A stretch of DNA of 64,000 nt from the NCBI GenBank assembly GCA_963843575.1, contig CAWJKZ010000019.1:288001-352000 (forward strand). Reading direction: 5' to 3'. Both the position numbers and the translations under genes were made by a program. Below are positions 1 to 10,787 of this stretch, one piece after another (the first letter of the stretch is position 1; each line of letters opens with the position of its first letter). Source of the stretch: an uncultured Acidobacteriota bacterium. GTDB taxonomy: Bacteria > Acidobacteriota > UBA6911. The notes beneath the pieces were generated by a model. That model was not told the origin of the DNA and searched no databases. It saw only the letters and a list, made by a program, of their open reading frames with translations.

Positions 1-249
1 CTCCTCAGAACTCAGGGAGAAGTCGTAGCTGACTCTGGATTTCAAAGGACCGCTTGTTTCGCCGATGGTTGGCGGGCCAACCAATAGAATACGTCCTCTC
101 AGGAAGGTCCCCGAGGCCGCGCTAACCGCTGATCGCGCACGGCTAAGGGAGGCACGGCTGCCTTGGCTTCGAGCAATCGCGGCGGCGCAGGTGGCCTGGC
201 AGCCAAGCTTCGTTGTTGCGGACATACAGGGAGAATCCACTGGTGCCCC

Positions 250-684
250 ATGGAACGTGAACGCTTTAGCCTCCTCACCCTCATCGGTCGAATCGTGCTC
301 CCCTTCGCTCTGGTCTATGGGACGTGGAATCCGTCAGGCCTGTCGTTTTATCATTGGGCCATCGAGCCCTTTTTCTCGGGCACGCCGGCGATCGGACCGG
401 CGAAGGTCTTGGTGGCTCTACTCCTGCTCACGGGCTGGGTGGTGGTGATCCAGGCGACGAGGCGGTCGCTCGGATTCGGCGGCGCGATCCTGATCGCAGG
501 AATATTCGGCGCGCTCGTCTGGCTGCTCATCGCCAAGGGTGGTGTCCTCCAACCCCACGGCGCGACGGCCTTTTCGCACCTGGGACTGGTGGCGCTCAGT
601 CTGCTCCTCGCCATCGGGATGAGTTGGGCCATCGTGCGCCGGAAGCTGACCGGTCAGGTCGAGGTGGAGACCGAGCGGGGCTAG
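250..684 (+). CDS. Membrane protein, DUF6524-like
   Basis: ORF 163..684; likely ATG at 250 (MERERFSLL...). Four hydrophobic segments and a 'TWNPSGLSFYHW' motif. Confidence 0.7.
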   Translation: MERERFSLLTLIGRIVLPFALVYGTWNPSGLSFYHWAIEPFFSGTPAIGPAKVLVALLLLTGWVVVIQATRRSLGFGGAILIAGIFGALVWLLIAKGGVLQPHGATAFSHLGLVALSLLLAIGMSWAIVRRKLTGQVEVETERG

Positions 685-701
685 TATCACTCTGCTGCTA
701 A

Positions 702-973
702 GGGTCTGTCACAGAATAACAGGCCCACTTTGGCGCGAGCGCCGGGCGGGCAGATGCAAGGCGCCGCGACGCAGGCGATGTGGTGAAATCGTCGAGGAGC
801 GGCAACGCCGCAGATGCCGGCCCGCCGCCGCGCCCCTCCGGGCTGCGGCCCGCAGGCCCGCTGACTGCGTTGCTCGCTCCTTACATATCACCCCGGGTAT
901 GCTCGTCGCTCGCGCCTTGTCAGCGGGCCTGGGGGCCTGCAGCAAAGTGGACCTGTTATTCTGTGACAGACCC
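702..973. mobile_element. Non-autonomous MITE (272 bp) with 31-bp TIRs and TAA flanks
   Basis: 702-732 GGGTCTGTCACAGAATAACAGGCCCACTTTG matches the reverse complement of 943-973 with 1 mismatch. TAA at 699-701 and 974-976. No transposase ORF inside. Confidence 0.85.
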
Positions 974-1096
974 TAATCAGTTGATAGAACCACCATGAAT
1001 GGCGGCGCGCCCTCGCGTGCGAAACCAGGGGTTCGCGCGATGTCCCAAGTGCAGCGTGCCACGCCGTCATCGGCACTGCGCTGGGCGGCGTGAAAG

Positions 1097-2227
1097 GTGA
1101 TGGTAATGACGAGTACGCCGAACGGGGATCAGCGGGCACCGGATCGCGACGAGCACCTTCTGGCGCCCGTCGATGGCAGCCACACGCCCGGATTCGAGGG
1201 GTCCTCTGAGCACGAGCTGCCCCCCGAAATCCTCAACAAACGCATTTGCGATTTCAACCTCCACATCGAAGGTGGGCCGCTCGAAAACGTGATCGAGCGC
1301 TTTCGCCGCGAGTTGGTCGAGCGCGGGATCACGAGGCTTCAGCCCGCCTTCTACCTCTCCGACGAATGGGGTGTGTCGGACGACACGGTGGCGATCGCCA
1401 TCCCCTTTTACCTGGCGGACGAGCGGCTGCGGAGGGTCCATCAGGCCAAGTCGGGCGTCGTGGAAGGCAAGAACGAGGAGGACGTCCTTCGGTACCTGCG
1501 CCACGAGATGGGCCACGCGGTCAACTACGCATACCATCTGTATGAAGACCAAGACTGGACCGCCTTGTTCGGTCCGATGTCGCGGCCGTACACCGACGAG
1601 TACCGAAGCGTCCCTTTCAGCCCGAACTTCGTGCGCCACCTGCCCGGAAACTATGCCCAGAAGCACCCGGATGACGACTGGGCGGAGACGTTCGCCGTGT
1701 GGATGACGCCGGGTGCCGATTGGACGACCCAGTACCAGGATGCACCGGCGGCCCTGGCCAAGCTTCAGTACTGCGACCGCGTCATGACGGAGGTCAAAGA
1801 CCGCGAGCCCCACGTCACCAGTGCCGTTCTCGACACTGACGTGGGCGATATCCAAGAGACCGTGGCTCAGTTCTACGACGAGGGGGGGATCCAGGGTATC
1901 GCACTGCCCTTGAGCCTCGACGGGGATCTCATGGGCATTTTCCCTCCCTGCCAGGGGTCAGCCGACGACGGCGATGCCGGCCGCGTGGCGAAGGCATCAT
2001 CCTTGATCCGGCAGCATGAGAACGAGATGGCCGATGCCGTGTATTGGTGGACCGGCATGGACCATGCGTTGACTTACGCCCTGCTGGAACACGTGGCCGA
2101 CCGCGCCGAACGGAAGGATCTCCGCTATCTCCTCGAGCACCGCGACCGGGTGCTCGTGCAGCTCGCAGCCTTCCTCACCACCCTGGCGATGAACTACGTG
2201 TACCGGGGAAGTTTCATCGCCACCTGA
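1097..2227 (+). CDS. Putative zinc-binding metallopeptidase (zincin, Peptidase_Mx-like)
   Basis: HEXXH motif 'LRHEMGH' and downstream 'YAQKHPDDDWAETFAVW'. Confidence 0.8.
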   Translation: MMVMTSTPNGDQRAPDRDEHLLAPVDGSHTPGFEGSSEHELPPEILNKRICDFNLHIEGGPLENVIERFRRELVERGITRLQPAFYLSDEWGVSDDTVAIAIPFYLADERLRRVHQAKSGVVEGKNEEDVLRYLRHEMGHAVNYAYHLYEDQDWTALFGPMSRPYTDEYRSVPFSPNFVRHLPGNYAQKHPDDDWAETFAVWMTPGADWTTQYQDAPAALAKLQYCDRVMTEVKDREPHVTSAVLDTDVGDIQETVAQFYDEGGIQGIALPLSLDGDLMGIFPPCQGSADDGDAGRVAKASSLIRQHENEMADAVYWWTGMDHALTYALLEHVADRAERKDLRYLLEHRDRVLVQLAAFLTTLAMNYVYRGSFIAT

Positions 2228-2253
2228 GCGATCTGCCCCTCCCCGTGCGAAGG

Positions 2254-4005
2254 TCACGCATCTGCCCACGGAGGCTTCAACCCGACCGGGGAAAACTCAG
2301 GTCGCCGCTTAAGATATTTTTTCCTGTCGGCCTTCCACGATTCGAGCTCTTTCGCGACCGGGTCCGAAGGTTTCAGCCCGGCTTTCGGACCCTCCAACGC
2401 GGCCCACAGAAACGGCATCACCCGATGGCGGTGCCATCTCATCGGGTCCTCGGTCTTCGCCTCGGGGCGCGGGTCGAAGGCGCTCGCTTGCCGGACACGC
2501 TCGATGAGGCCGGACACGACCTCGTGGGCGATGGCCGCCTTCTGAGTCTTGGGGAGCACATGCCAGACTTCCCAGAGGAGTGTTTCGGGCTCGATGAAGT
2601 CGCTCTTGATGCGCTCATGGCCCGACTCCAGGTTGAGCTTTCGCGCCTTGCGCCTGAGCCGGTCGAGTGCCTTGGCGCCGCCATGCTTGGCCACCGTTTT
2701 CTCGCCATCGATGAGGAGCATGTCCTGGAGGATCGAGTCTTCCACTTTCACATGGGGATGGGCCTGCAAGTACCGGCAATGATGGACGTCGAGCAGCACC
2801 GACTCGACGAAGTCGCGCGCACTGGTCCTGCCCATCTGGCCGCGGTCCTCGAAGCTCGCCTCGTCGTACAGCATGGTGATGTCGAGGGGCGCGTCGAGTT
2901 CGGGCACCCGCTCGACGTTGAGGATCGTGGCGCTCTTGACGTGGCACTCGCCGGCGATCTGGAGCCGGTTCAGGTTGACCTCGCTGTATCGCATGATCTG
3001 GTCGGGACGGTAGCCCACCTCCTTGGGGTGGGCAGACTGCCAGTAGCCCGGGTGGATGTACTGGGCATTCAGGCGCACGGCGCGGCCGAACGCGAAATTG
3101 GTCTGGAAGACTTCGCGCGGGTCGCCGACCGGTCCCTTCGCGGGGTCCATTAGGCCCCTGGGCGGGTTCGGCGCGGGCCCCCAACCGCGGTCCAGATAGC
3201 AGTTCTCGGGCGTGGGCACGCCGGTGGCTCCGGGGTGGAACGCGCCCGCCCAGTAGCAATTGAGGATCTCGCGGAAGGCGGCGAACCGCCTGGGGGTGGC
3301 GCGCAACGCGCGATCGTCCGGGTTCGGCCAGTCCATCAGAAACAGCGACACCTCGGGGTGGTTGACCCGGTACGCGATGGCATCGGCGAGGAGGCTTCCC
3401 CCCAGAAACGTCTTGGCCGAGAACGAGAACTGACAGCCGCCGTGCGCCACCGAAGGGGCGAGCCCACTTCCCTTCATGGGGACTTCCCAGACCATTTGCT
3501 GGAGGAAGTGGACGAAGCGGTCGTCATACAGCCACACTAGAGGAACCGGCTTGATGCTGTATTCGACCGTCTCGGGGTCAATCGAGATCCGAACCGTGAA
3601 CGGCTCGAGTGTGGCATCCGGCCAGCGGAACTCGACGTTTTGCCGTTTCACCCCCCACTGGTCCTTGTCCTCCTCGAGCCTGACTGTGGCGAACATGCAA
3701 TAGGGCTCGCCATCCTTGCGCTTTTCCTCGTACTTGTCCCGGATGCCCCGGGCGACCTCTCTCTCGAGCCCCAGCATGACGTCGCTCTCGAAGTACTTGT
3801 CCTCGCCCGCTTCATCGACAGACATCTTCTTCCAGAGCTTCACCGTCTTCCTGGACTGGAACGTGGGCTCGCTGCCGATCCATGCGTCTTCCCAGCCGGT
3901 CCGGTCCGGCCGGCGGAAGGTGCCGAGAACCCCGGTCATGTGCGCATATTCCGACGACCCATGCCCCTTCTCTTCCCGTTTCCTGTCCTTGCCCTTCTTG
4001 CCCAT
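2254..4005 (-). CDS. Hypothetical protein, possible divergent COOH-NH2 (amido)ligase, DUF2126-like
   Basis: 583-aa ORF with RBS (GAAGGGAG). Motifs GSEPTF, DPETVEY and HGGCQF recall the GGEPTF/DPGVIEV/GGGNH motifs of glutamine-synthetase-fold amidoligases. Confidence 0.55.
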   Translation of the reverse strand: MGKKGKDRKREEKGHGSSEYAHMTGVLGTFRRPDRTGWEDAWIGSEPTFQSRKTVKLWKKMSVDEAGEDKYFESDVMLGLEREVARGIRDKYEEKRKDGEPYCMFATVRLEEDKDQWGVKRQNVEFRWPDATLEPFTVRISIDPETVEYSIKPVPLVWLYDDRFVHFLQQMVWEVPMKGSGLAPSVAHGGCQFSFSAKTFLGGSLLADAIAYRVNHPEVSLFLMDWPNPDDRALRATPRRFAAFREILNCYWAGAFHPGATGVPTPENCYLDRGWGPAPNPPRGLMDPAKGPVGDPREVFQTNFAFGRAVRLNAQYIHPGYWQSAHPKEVGYRPDQIMRYSEVNLNRLQIAGECHVKSATILNVERVPELDAPLDITMLYDEASFEDRGQMGRTSARDFVESVLLDVHHCRYLQAHPHVKVEDSILQDMLLIDGEKTVAKHGGAKALDRLRRKARKLNLESGHERIKSDFIEPETLLWEVWHVLPKTQKAAIAHEVVSGLIERVRQASAFDPRPEAKTEDPMRWHRHRVMPFLWAALEGPKAGLKPSDPVAKELESWKADRKKYLKRRPEFSPVGLKPPWADA

Positions 4006-4199
4006 GCTGCTCCCTTCGTTTCGGCGGCCGCGGCCGCCATCGTTCGTGGGGGGCGAACTCCTTGCCGTGGGTGTTGAGCCCTGCGCCTGCGGCCATTAAT
4101 TCAGACCGACTTCACCTCTGAGAACCGGCTGTTGCGTCGTTTGCCCGGGCCTGTATCCAGACGCAGGGTCCTGGTTACGCTCTCTTCCCTGCCTGCACC

Positions 4200-4265
4200 A
4201 TGATAAAAGGGGTGAAGACCGGCGTCAGTTCACTTGTGCACACCCCATTAGTTTCTCGATGCACA
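4200..4265 (-). promoter_or_regulatory. Island promoter motif copy P1 (faces 4005 gene)
   Basis: Minus strand: TGTGCATCGAGAAAC-N8-TGTGCACAAGTGAAC/TGACG-N17-TATCAT. Distal box is degenerate and box spacing is 23 bp. Confidence 0.65.
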
Positions 4266-4331
4266 TCCGCTCCTTAGGAGCGGCAGTCTCATCCACTCGG
4301 AGTTTCCACCGGGGACGGCGATCCCGCGTTG

Positions 4332-4396
4332 TGAGCATTATCGGACACACGTCTGAGCGATATTGTACAGACATCGGTCTGCGGCGGCCCCATAGT
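4332..4396 (+). promoter_or_regulatory. Island promoter motif copy P2 (faces dodecin)
   Basis: TGAGCATTATCGGAC-N7-TGAGCGATATTGTAC/AGACA-N17-CATAGT. Confidence 0.7.
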
Positions 4397-4516
4397 AGCG
4401 GGCCTGGGCCGCATCGCGGCCCTCCGCACAATGCGTGTCGCAAGCGACGGTTCGTGCGGGTCGGGGAGTCCGCTCCCGCCGGAATTCGGAGTAATGCAAT
4501 TCACAGGAGGTCGTCC

Positions 4517-4720
4517 ATGACAGTAGCAAAAGTCGAGGAAATCAGCGCCACTTCCACCGTGAGTTTTGAGGACGCCATCGGTCAGGGTCTGGCCCGGGCG
4601 GTCAAGACGCTACGCAATGTTCGCAGCGCCTGGGTGAAGGAACAGCACGTGCGCCTCGATGGCAAGAAGATTGTCGAGTATCAGGTGAACATGGCCGTCA
4701 CCTTTGTGCTGGAGGACTAG
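4517..4720 (+). CDS. Dodecin (flavin-binding) family protein
   Basis: AGGAGG RBS, ATG 4517; 67 aa 'ISATSTVSFEDAI...KTLRNVRSAWVKEQ...EYQVNMAVTFVLE'. Confidence 0.9.
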   Translation: MTVAKVEEISATSTVSFEDAIGQGLARAVKTLRNVRSAWVKEQHVRLDGKKIVEYQVNMAVTFVLED

Positions 4721-4874
4721 CCTCGATTTTCACAGTACGGGAACCGACTGACGCCGCTCCCAACCCCCGGGGGTCAGGCGACTTTGCGGATCCGGCCACC
4801 GACGGCGCGGCGCTGCCGATCCTGCATCTCGACGGGTGCACGATTCCCATGGACGCCTGTTTCGTCGGGGGGCA

Positions 4875-4939
4875 CGGGCAATACTGACCAGACGTCTGAG
4901 CACTATCGAACAGACACGCGCTTGTCCTTGGAGTACAAA
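4875..4939 (+). promoter_or_regulatory. Island promoter motif copy P3 (faces PBP/mgtA)
   Basis: CGGGCAATACTGACC-N7-TGAGCACTATCGAAC/AGACA-N17-TACAAA. Confidence 0.75.
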
Positions 4940-5054
4940 CGATTGTGCAGGTTGCGCTCGGGGAGCGGCCAAGCGGGGATGGGGCGTTCCAGGACGCCAA
5001 AGGATTATGCGGCCCTCAGGCAGTGGTGAAATATTCCGACTATTGTACCGGAAG

Positions 5055-7349
5055 ATGAGAAGTGTGCCGCATTTTCCCAAAACCCCCGCGCCCCCCGAAG
5101 CGGCTCATGTCAGGGAGATACACTCCGGAACAGGGGCTCGAACGACCTCGCGGCTGCAGCGCACCCGCGCCTTCGTGGCCGGTCGCCTGCGATCCCCTTG
5201 GTTGCGCCGCATCGTGTTCTTTCTGGCCGCCCCACTGGCGCTGCTTGTGCTTCTCCTCTCGGCGGGACTCATCCGTCACGTCTACTTCGATCGCAGCGGG
5301 CTCCCGGACATCGAGCCGTTCATCCGTTTCGAGCCCCCCACGACAGGCAAGGTCTACGACGCCCGGGGCAAAGTGCTGATCGAGCTGGCACGGGAGTACC
5401 GCCGGGTGGTCTCCTACGACGAGGTGCCCGTCATCGTGCGCCAGGCCATCCTGGCGGCTGAGGACAAGAACTTCTTCGCCCACTCCGGCGTGGAATACCG
5501 TGCGCTTCCGCGGGTGGTGCAAAAGACGGCGGTGCGCTCTCTGGCCGAATGGCGGAAGGGAGGCAGGTTCCGGCTGCTGTTCCCCCAGGGCGGCTCAACT
5601 CTTACGCAACAGCTCGTCCGCGGTTACTTCCTCCAGGGCCGGACGAGCGTCGAGGCCGGCGACGTCCTGTTCCGTGATAGTCTGATCCCACGGCTCCTCT
5701 CCGCCGGTTTGGGGGCGCACGCCACGAACAAGCTCCTGCGGAAGCTCGAGGAGGTGCGCCTGGCGCTCTGGCTCGAGGAGGAGATGCGCCGGCGCTGCGG
5801 ATCGCGGGAGCGAGCCAAGCGCGAGATCTTTGCCCGCTCCGCCAGCTTTCTCTACCTGGGCAACGGCCGCTACGGCTTTGCAGCCGCCTCCGAGTTCTAC
5901 TTCGGCAAGCCCCTGTCGAGCTATACGCCGGAGGATGCGGGGGAGGCGGCGCTACTCGCGGGGATCACCAAGTCGCCCGAGGTCTACGCCCCGGTTGCGG
6001 ACGACCCGCGGCCCCGGCGCCGCCGCAACGAGATCCTGGCTCTGATGGCGCGCAACGGCTACATCCCCGAAGGCCTCGCCAAGCGCTGCCAAGCCGAGCC
6101 GGTCCGTGTGGCTCCCCAGAGCCCGGTCAAGACCCATGCCCCTGCCGCCATCGAGAATGTCTTTGACGAGCTGAAGCAGCACGGCGCGGACCGATTCGGG
6201 ATCGAAGACCTCGTCCAGGGTCGGATCTCGGTCCACTCTACCCTCGACGAGCGGATTCAAACCATCGTGAACGAAGCCCTGGAAAACGGCCTCGCTCGCT
6301 ACGAAACGCGGCACCCCGGGGCGAAGGGATCCATCCAGGGTTCCGTGGTGGCTCTGCGCAACGCGAACGCGGCAATCCTGGCCGAGGCAGGCGGGCGGAA
6401 AGTCTTTAGGGACCGCGAGGCGCGCTACTCCGACTTCAACCGCGTCACGGGCTCCCTGCGGCAGCCGGGCTCGGCGTGGAAGCCTCTGGTCTACCTGGCC
6501 GCGTTCCGCCAAGGCATGGACCTCGCTACCACGGTGCCCGACGAGCCCATCGAGGTGTCCATGGGCACCGATCGGGACGCGAAGTGGATCTCCAACTACG
6601 ATAATCAGTTCAAGGGGCCGATCCCGATCCGCCAGGCACTGGCTGAGTCCCGGAATGCGGTAGCCATTTGGATCACCCGCGAGATCGGCATGGACCAGGT
6701 GATCCGGACCGCCAGGGAAATGGGGATCCGCACCCCGCTGCAGCCCCACATCACAACGGCGCTCGGGGCCTCGGAAGTGCGGCTGCTGGAGCTGGCGGGC
6801 GCCTATCGCAGCATGGCCTCCGGAGTCTTGGCGGAGCCACACGTCATCGATCGCGTGACTGACACCTCCGGGGCGGTGCTCTACGAGGCCCCCATGACGG
6901 CGCGACCGATCGGCTCCGCCGAGTTGACCCTGATCCAGGAGGGGCTACGTGGCGTGGTTCGCCTCCCGGATGGCACCGCCCACAGTCTTGACGGCCGCGA
7001 CTTCCCGGTCCCGGTTATGGGCAAGACGGGAACGACGAGCGACTTTCGCGACGCGCTTTTCGTGGGGTCCACTTACGGGACGCAGGGGATCACGGTGGCG
7101 GTCCGGATCGGCTTCGATGACAACCGCACGCTGGGCGAGAAGGAGACTGGAGGGCGCGCGGCGCTGCCGATCTTTCGCGAGATCATGCTCCGTGTCTATC
7201 GGGACAGACTGGTGGGGCCGGCACCGCATTTTCCCCGTGAGATCGAAAAGGGGATCGACGGGTACCTCGCGGAGCAGGCCTTGCTGGAAGCGGGGCGTGA
7301 CACGCCGCCGCCGCCGGCTTCGACAACGGCCTCATCGCTCCGCCAGTGA
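5055..7349 (+). CDS. Class A penicillin-binding protein (transglycosylase/transpeptidase, PBP1A-like)
   Basis: TM anchor; GT51 motifs EDKNF..HSG and GGSTLTQQL; transpeptidase motifs SAWK, SRN and KTG. Start uncertain. Confidence 0.88.
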   Translation: MRSVPHFPKTPAPPEAAHVREIHSGTGARTTSRLQRTRAFVAGRLRSPWLRRIVFFLAAPLALLVLLLSAGLIRHVYFDRSGLPDIEPFIRFEPPTTGKVYDARGKVLIELAREYRRVVSYDEVPVIVRQAILAAEDKNFFAHSGVEYRALPRVVQKTAVRSLAEWRKGGRFRLLFPQGGSTLTQQLVRGYFLQGRTSVEAGDVLFRDSLIPRLLSAGLGAHATNKLLRKLEEVRLALWLEEEMRRRCGSRERAKREIFARSASFLYLGNGRYGFAAASEFYFGKPLSSYTPEDAGEAALLAGITKSPEVYAPVADDPRPRRRRNEILALMARNGYIPEGLAKRCQAEPVRVAPQSPVKTHAPAAIENVFDELKQHGADRFGIEDLVQGRISVHSTLDERIQTIVNEALENGLARYETRHPGAKGSIQGSVVALRNANAAILAEAGGRKVFRDREARYSDFNRVTGSLRQPGSAWKPLVYLAAFRQGMDLATTVPDEPIEVSMGTDRDAKWISNYDNQFKGPIPIRQALAESRNAVAIWITREIGMDQVIRTAREMGIRTPLQPHITTALGASEVRLLELAGAYRSMASGVLAEPHVIDRVTDTSGAVLYEAPMTARPIGSAELTLIQEGLRGVVRLPDGTAHSLDGRDFPVPVMGKTGTTSDFRDALFVGSTYGTQGITVAVRIGFDDNRTLGEKETGGRAALPIFREIMLRVYRDRLVGPAPHFPREIEKGIDGYLAEQALLEAGRDTPPPPASTTASSLRQ

Positions 7350-7373
7350 CGCCCTGCGACGAGAGCAGCTTGC

Positions 7374-9918
7374 ATGGAAAAACGAGAAACTCCTTTAGAG
7401 GGCTTCTGGGATAAGCCGCTGCAGGACCTGCTTCAACTTCTGCAGGCAACCCCGGCCGGGCTGACTACCGACGAGGCGAAACGGCGCGTTGCGTCTTTAT
7501 GGCCCAAACAGCCTCGTGCAGGAGTCGCGCTTCGCAGGCTTGCTCGCCTTCCTCCGCTTCTTTGCCAATCCTCTCGTCGTCATCCTTCTCGTTGCCAGCG
7601 GCATATCCCTGGGACTGGGGGACCCGGTCGGTGGGCTGATCATCATCGCCATGGTCCTGCTCAGCGTTCTGCTGAACTTCTTCATGGAATTCCAGGCTCG
7701 ACACGCGGTGGAAGAGATTCGGAAGCAGGTTGCCACAACCGCTGCCGTTATGCGTGACGGGCAGGAACAGGAACTGCCGATAGCAGAGCTGGTCCCGGGG
7801 GATATCGTCCGGCTCAATGCTGGAGACCTTGTGCCGGCGGACGCGCGTCTGCTGGATGTAAAGGATCTGCACGTGCGCGAGTCGGCGCTCACCGGGGAGT
7901 CGCTGCCCGTCGAGAAGGCAGCGCACGATCTTCCGGAGGGGAAACACGCCATTGCCGACGCAAGCAACAGCGTGTTCCTGGGCACTGCGGTTCAGACAGG
8001 GATGGGCACCGCGGTCATCGTCCGCACAGGCCGAGGTACTGCGCTCGGAGGGATCGCGCAGCGTTTGGCTGCGCGGCCGCCGGAGACCGAGTTCGGCCGT
8101 GGCATACGCCACTTTGGGCTGATGATCACCCGGGTGATCATGCTGCTTGTGCTTTTCGTTCTGCTGGTAAACCTCTACTTCCACCGTCCGCTGCTGGAGT
8201 CCTTCCTCTTCGCAGTCGCCCTGGCGGTAGGGATGACCCCTGAGATGATGCCGATGATCATCACCGTCACCCTGGCCCAGGGTGCGAGGCGGATGACCAA
8301 AAAGAAGGTTCTCGTCAAGCAACTTGCGGCAATCGAGGATTTCGGCAGCGTGACGATCCTCTGCAGCGATAAGACGGGCACACTGACCGAAGGCGAGATC
8401 GTGCTGGACCGGCACGTGGATGTCCTGGGGAAGGAGGATGAGAACGTTCTGCGGCTCATCTACCTGAACAGCTACTTTGAAGCGGGCATCAAGAGCCCCC
8501 TGGACGATGCCGTCCTGAAGCACGAGCACCCTAAGATTGTGGAGTATGTCAAGGTGGACGAGATCCCCTTCGACTTCAACCGCAAGCGCCTTTCGGTGGT
8601 GGTGCGGCATGGCGACGAGCACCTCCTCATTACCAAGGGCGAGGCAGAGGGTATTTTGGGCATCTGCCAAAGCGTGAGCATCGATGGGTCACCCCAGCCG
8701 TTCGATGAAAGCCGGCGCGCTGCGGCGGAGGAGACGTTCAAGAAGTTGAGCGCCGACGGTTACCGGACTCTTGGGGTCGCGGTGCTGAAAGTGGACAAGC
8801 GGGATGCCTACACCCCGGCGGATGAGCGGGATATGACGCTGGCCGGGTTCGCGGCATTCCTGGACCCGCCCAAGGAAGGAGTTCATTCCGTTCTGGAGGC
8901 GCTGAAACAGAATGGCATCTCCGTGGTCATCATGACCGGCGACAACCAGTATGTGACACAGAAGATAGCGCACGACGTCGGGCTGCCGGCAGACCGCATT
9001 CTCACCGGGAACCAGGTCGACACAATGGACGATGCCGCTCTGGCCTACCAGGCGGAGAATGGCGCCATCTTCGCCCGCGTGTCGCCTGAACAGAAGAACC
9101 GGGTCATCCTCGCTCTGAAGGCGCGTGGGCACGTCGTCGGGTACATGGGGGACGGCATCAACGATGCTCCGTCGCTGCACACGGCGGATGTCGGCATTTC
9201 AGTAATGAACGGCGTGGACGTGGCCAAGGATGCTGCGAAGATCATCCTGCTGGAGAAGGACCTGGCGGTCTTGAACGACGGGGTAATCGAGGGGCGGCGC
9301 TGCTTCGCCAACATCATGAAGTACATCATCATGGGCACCAGCTCGAACTTCGGCAATATGTTCAGTATGGCCGCGGCGTCGCTCTTCCTGCCATTCCTGC
9401 CTATGCTGCCGACGCAGATCCTGCTGAACAACTTTCTGTATGACATCTCGCAGATCAGCATCCCCAGCGACAATGTCGATCCCGCCCTGCTGCACCGGCC
9501 CAAGCGATGGCAGATCGCGTTCATTCGCCAGTTCATGATGATCATCGGTCCCATAAGCTCGATCTACGATTTCCTCACTTTCGGGGTATTGCTCTGGGTG
9601 TTCCACGCTTCCACGAACGCGCCGCTATTCCACACCGGATGGTTCGTGGAATCCCTGGCGACACAGACGCTGGTTGTGTTTGTGATCCGGACGGCAGGCA
9701 ACCCGCTCAAGAGCCGTCCCAGCCGGCCGCTGCTCATAGGCGTGTTCGTCGTCGTTGCTATCGCCGTTGTGTTGCCGTACACGCCGCTCGGGAGCCTGCT
9801 GGGGTTTATCCCGCTGCCGGTGCCGCTGTTGGGTGCGATCGCGTTTCTTGCCGTGACCTACCTCCTGCTGGTGCAGGCCGTTAAGTCCTGGTTCTATCGC
9901 CGGCACGCGCTGCTTTGA
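7374..9918 (+). CDS. mgtA: Mg2+-importing P-type ATPase (frameshift near 7485)
   Basis: TGES, PEMMPM, DKTGTLT, TGDN, GDGINDAP and SSNFGN motifs. The N-terminus (MEKRET...GLTTDEAKRR) lies in the 7374 frame and continues as LRLYGPN in the 7489 frame. Confidence 0.9.
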
Positions 9919-9944
9919 CAGGCCCGGGTACCCATCTACTGGGA

Positions 9945-10009
9945 TGAGCAATTTTGACCGGATTTGTGAGCAGTACTGAACTGACATGCGAATTACTCGG
10001 GGGTATAAG
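9945..10009 (+). promoter_or_regulatory. Island promoter motif copy P4 (near-consensus)
   Basis: TGAGCAATTTTGACC-N7-TGAGCAGTACTGAAC/TGACA-N17-TATAAG. Confidence 0.9.
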
Positions 10010-10181
10010 AAGTGTGTCTCGAGTGGACCGCGGGGGTCGGGTGTGTTCGAATGAGCGGCCTACCGGTACGGGAGTCCCTTACAGCGACTCAACCTACTGA
10101 GGCACCGAGGGTGGCGGAAGTTGTCGAGAAAAAACAGATCGACGCGTGGTTTTGCATAGTTCGTTAGGTTTGGGAAATGAT

Positions 10182-10787
10182 ATGAAGAAACTATTGGGAC
10201 TCTTCGCCTTGACAACGCTGGCTTTTGCCCAGGGGGGAACGATCGGCAGCGGCACCAGCATATCGGTTCGGACCAGTGAAAGAATCGATGTAAAGAAGAG
10301 CGACGGCCGGGTATTCACCGGCGTTGTAGATCAGGATGTGAGGGATGCGAACAGCCGCGTTGCTATTCCAAGGGGTTCGCAGGTGGAGCTGGCCGTGAAG
10401 AGACTGGCACAGAGTGATCTGGTGCTCGATTTGGAATCGGTCACCGTAGGCGGGCATCGGTATGCGGTAACAGCGGCCGATGCTGTGATGGATAAAGAAC
10501 GGCGGGATGGTATCGGTAAGAACCAGCGGACCGCCGAGTATATCGGCGGCGGGGCGTTGCTGGGCACGATCATTGGCGCGATTGCCGGCGGAGGAAAAGG
10601 CGCCGCAATCGGCGCAGCGGCGGGAGCGGGGGCGGGAGCGGGCACGCAGGTCCTGACCCGAGGCAAGAAGGTGAACGTTCCCGCCGAGTCCTTGTTGACG
10701 TTCCGTTTGGAGAAGTCGCTCCAGATGGGAGTGGCGGACAGTGGGATCACTCGCAACGGCCGCCATTATCACAAGACGATTCGGTAG
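10182..10787 (+). CDS. Secreted protein with glycine-zipper segment
   Basis: Signal peptide MKKLLGLFALTTLAFAQ; 'GGGALLGTIIGAIAGGGKGAAIGAAAGAGAG'. Paralog of the 19122 gene. Confidence 0.8.
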   Translation: MKKLLGLFALTTLAFAQGGTIGSGTSISVRTSERIDVKKSDGRVFTGVVDQDVRDANSRVAIPRGSQVELAVKRLAQSDLVLDLESVTVGGHRYAVTAADAVMDKERRDGIGKNQRTAEYIGGGALLGTIIGAIAGGGKGAAIGAAAGAGAGAGTQVLTRGKKVNVPAESLLTFRLEKSLQMGVADSGITRNGRHYHKTIR

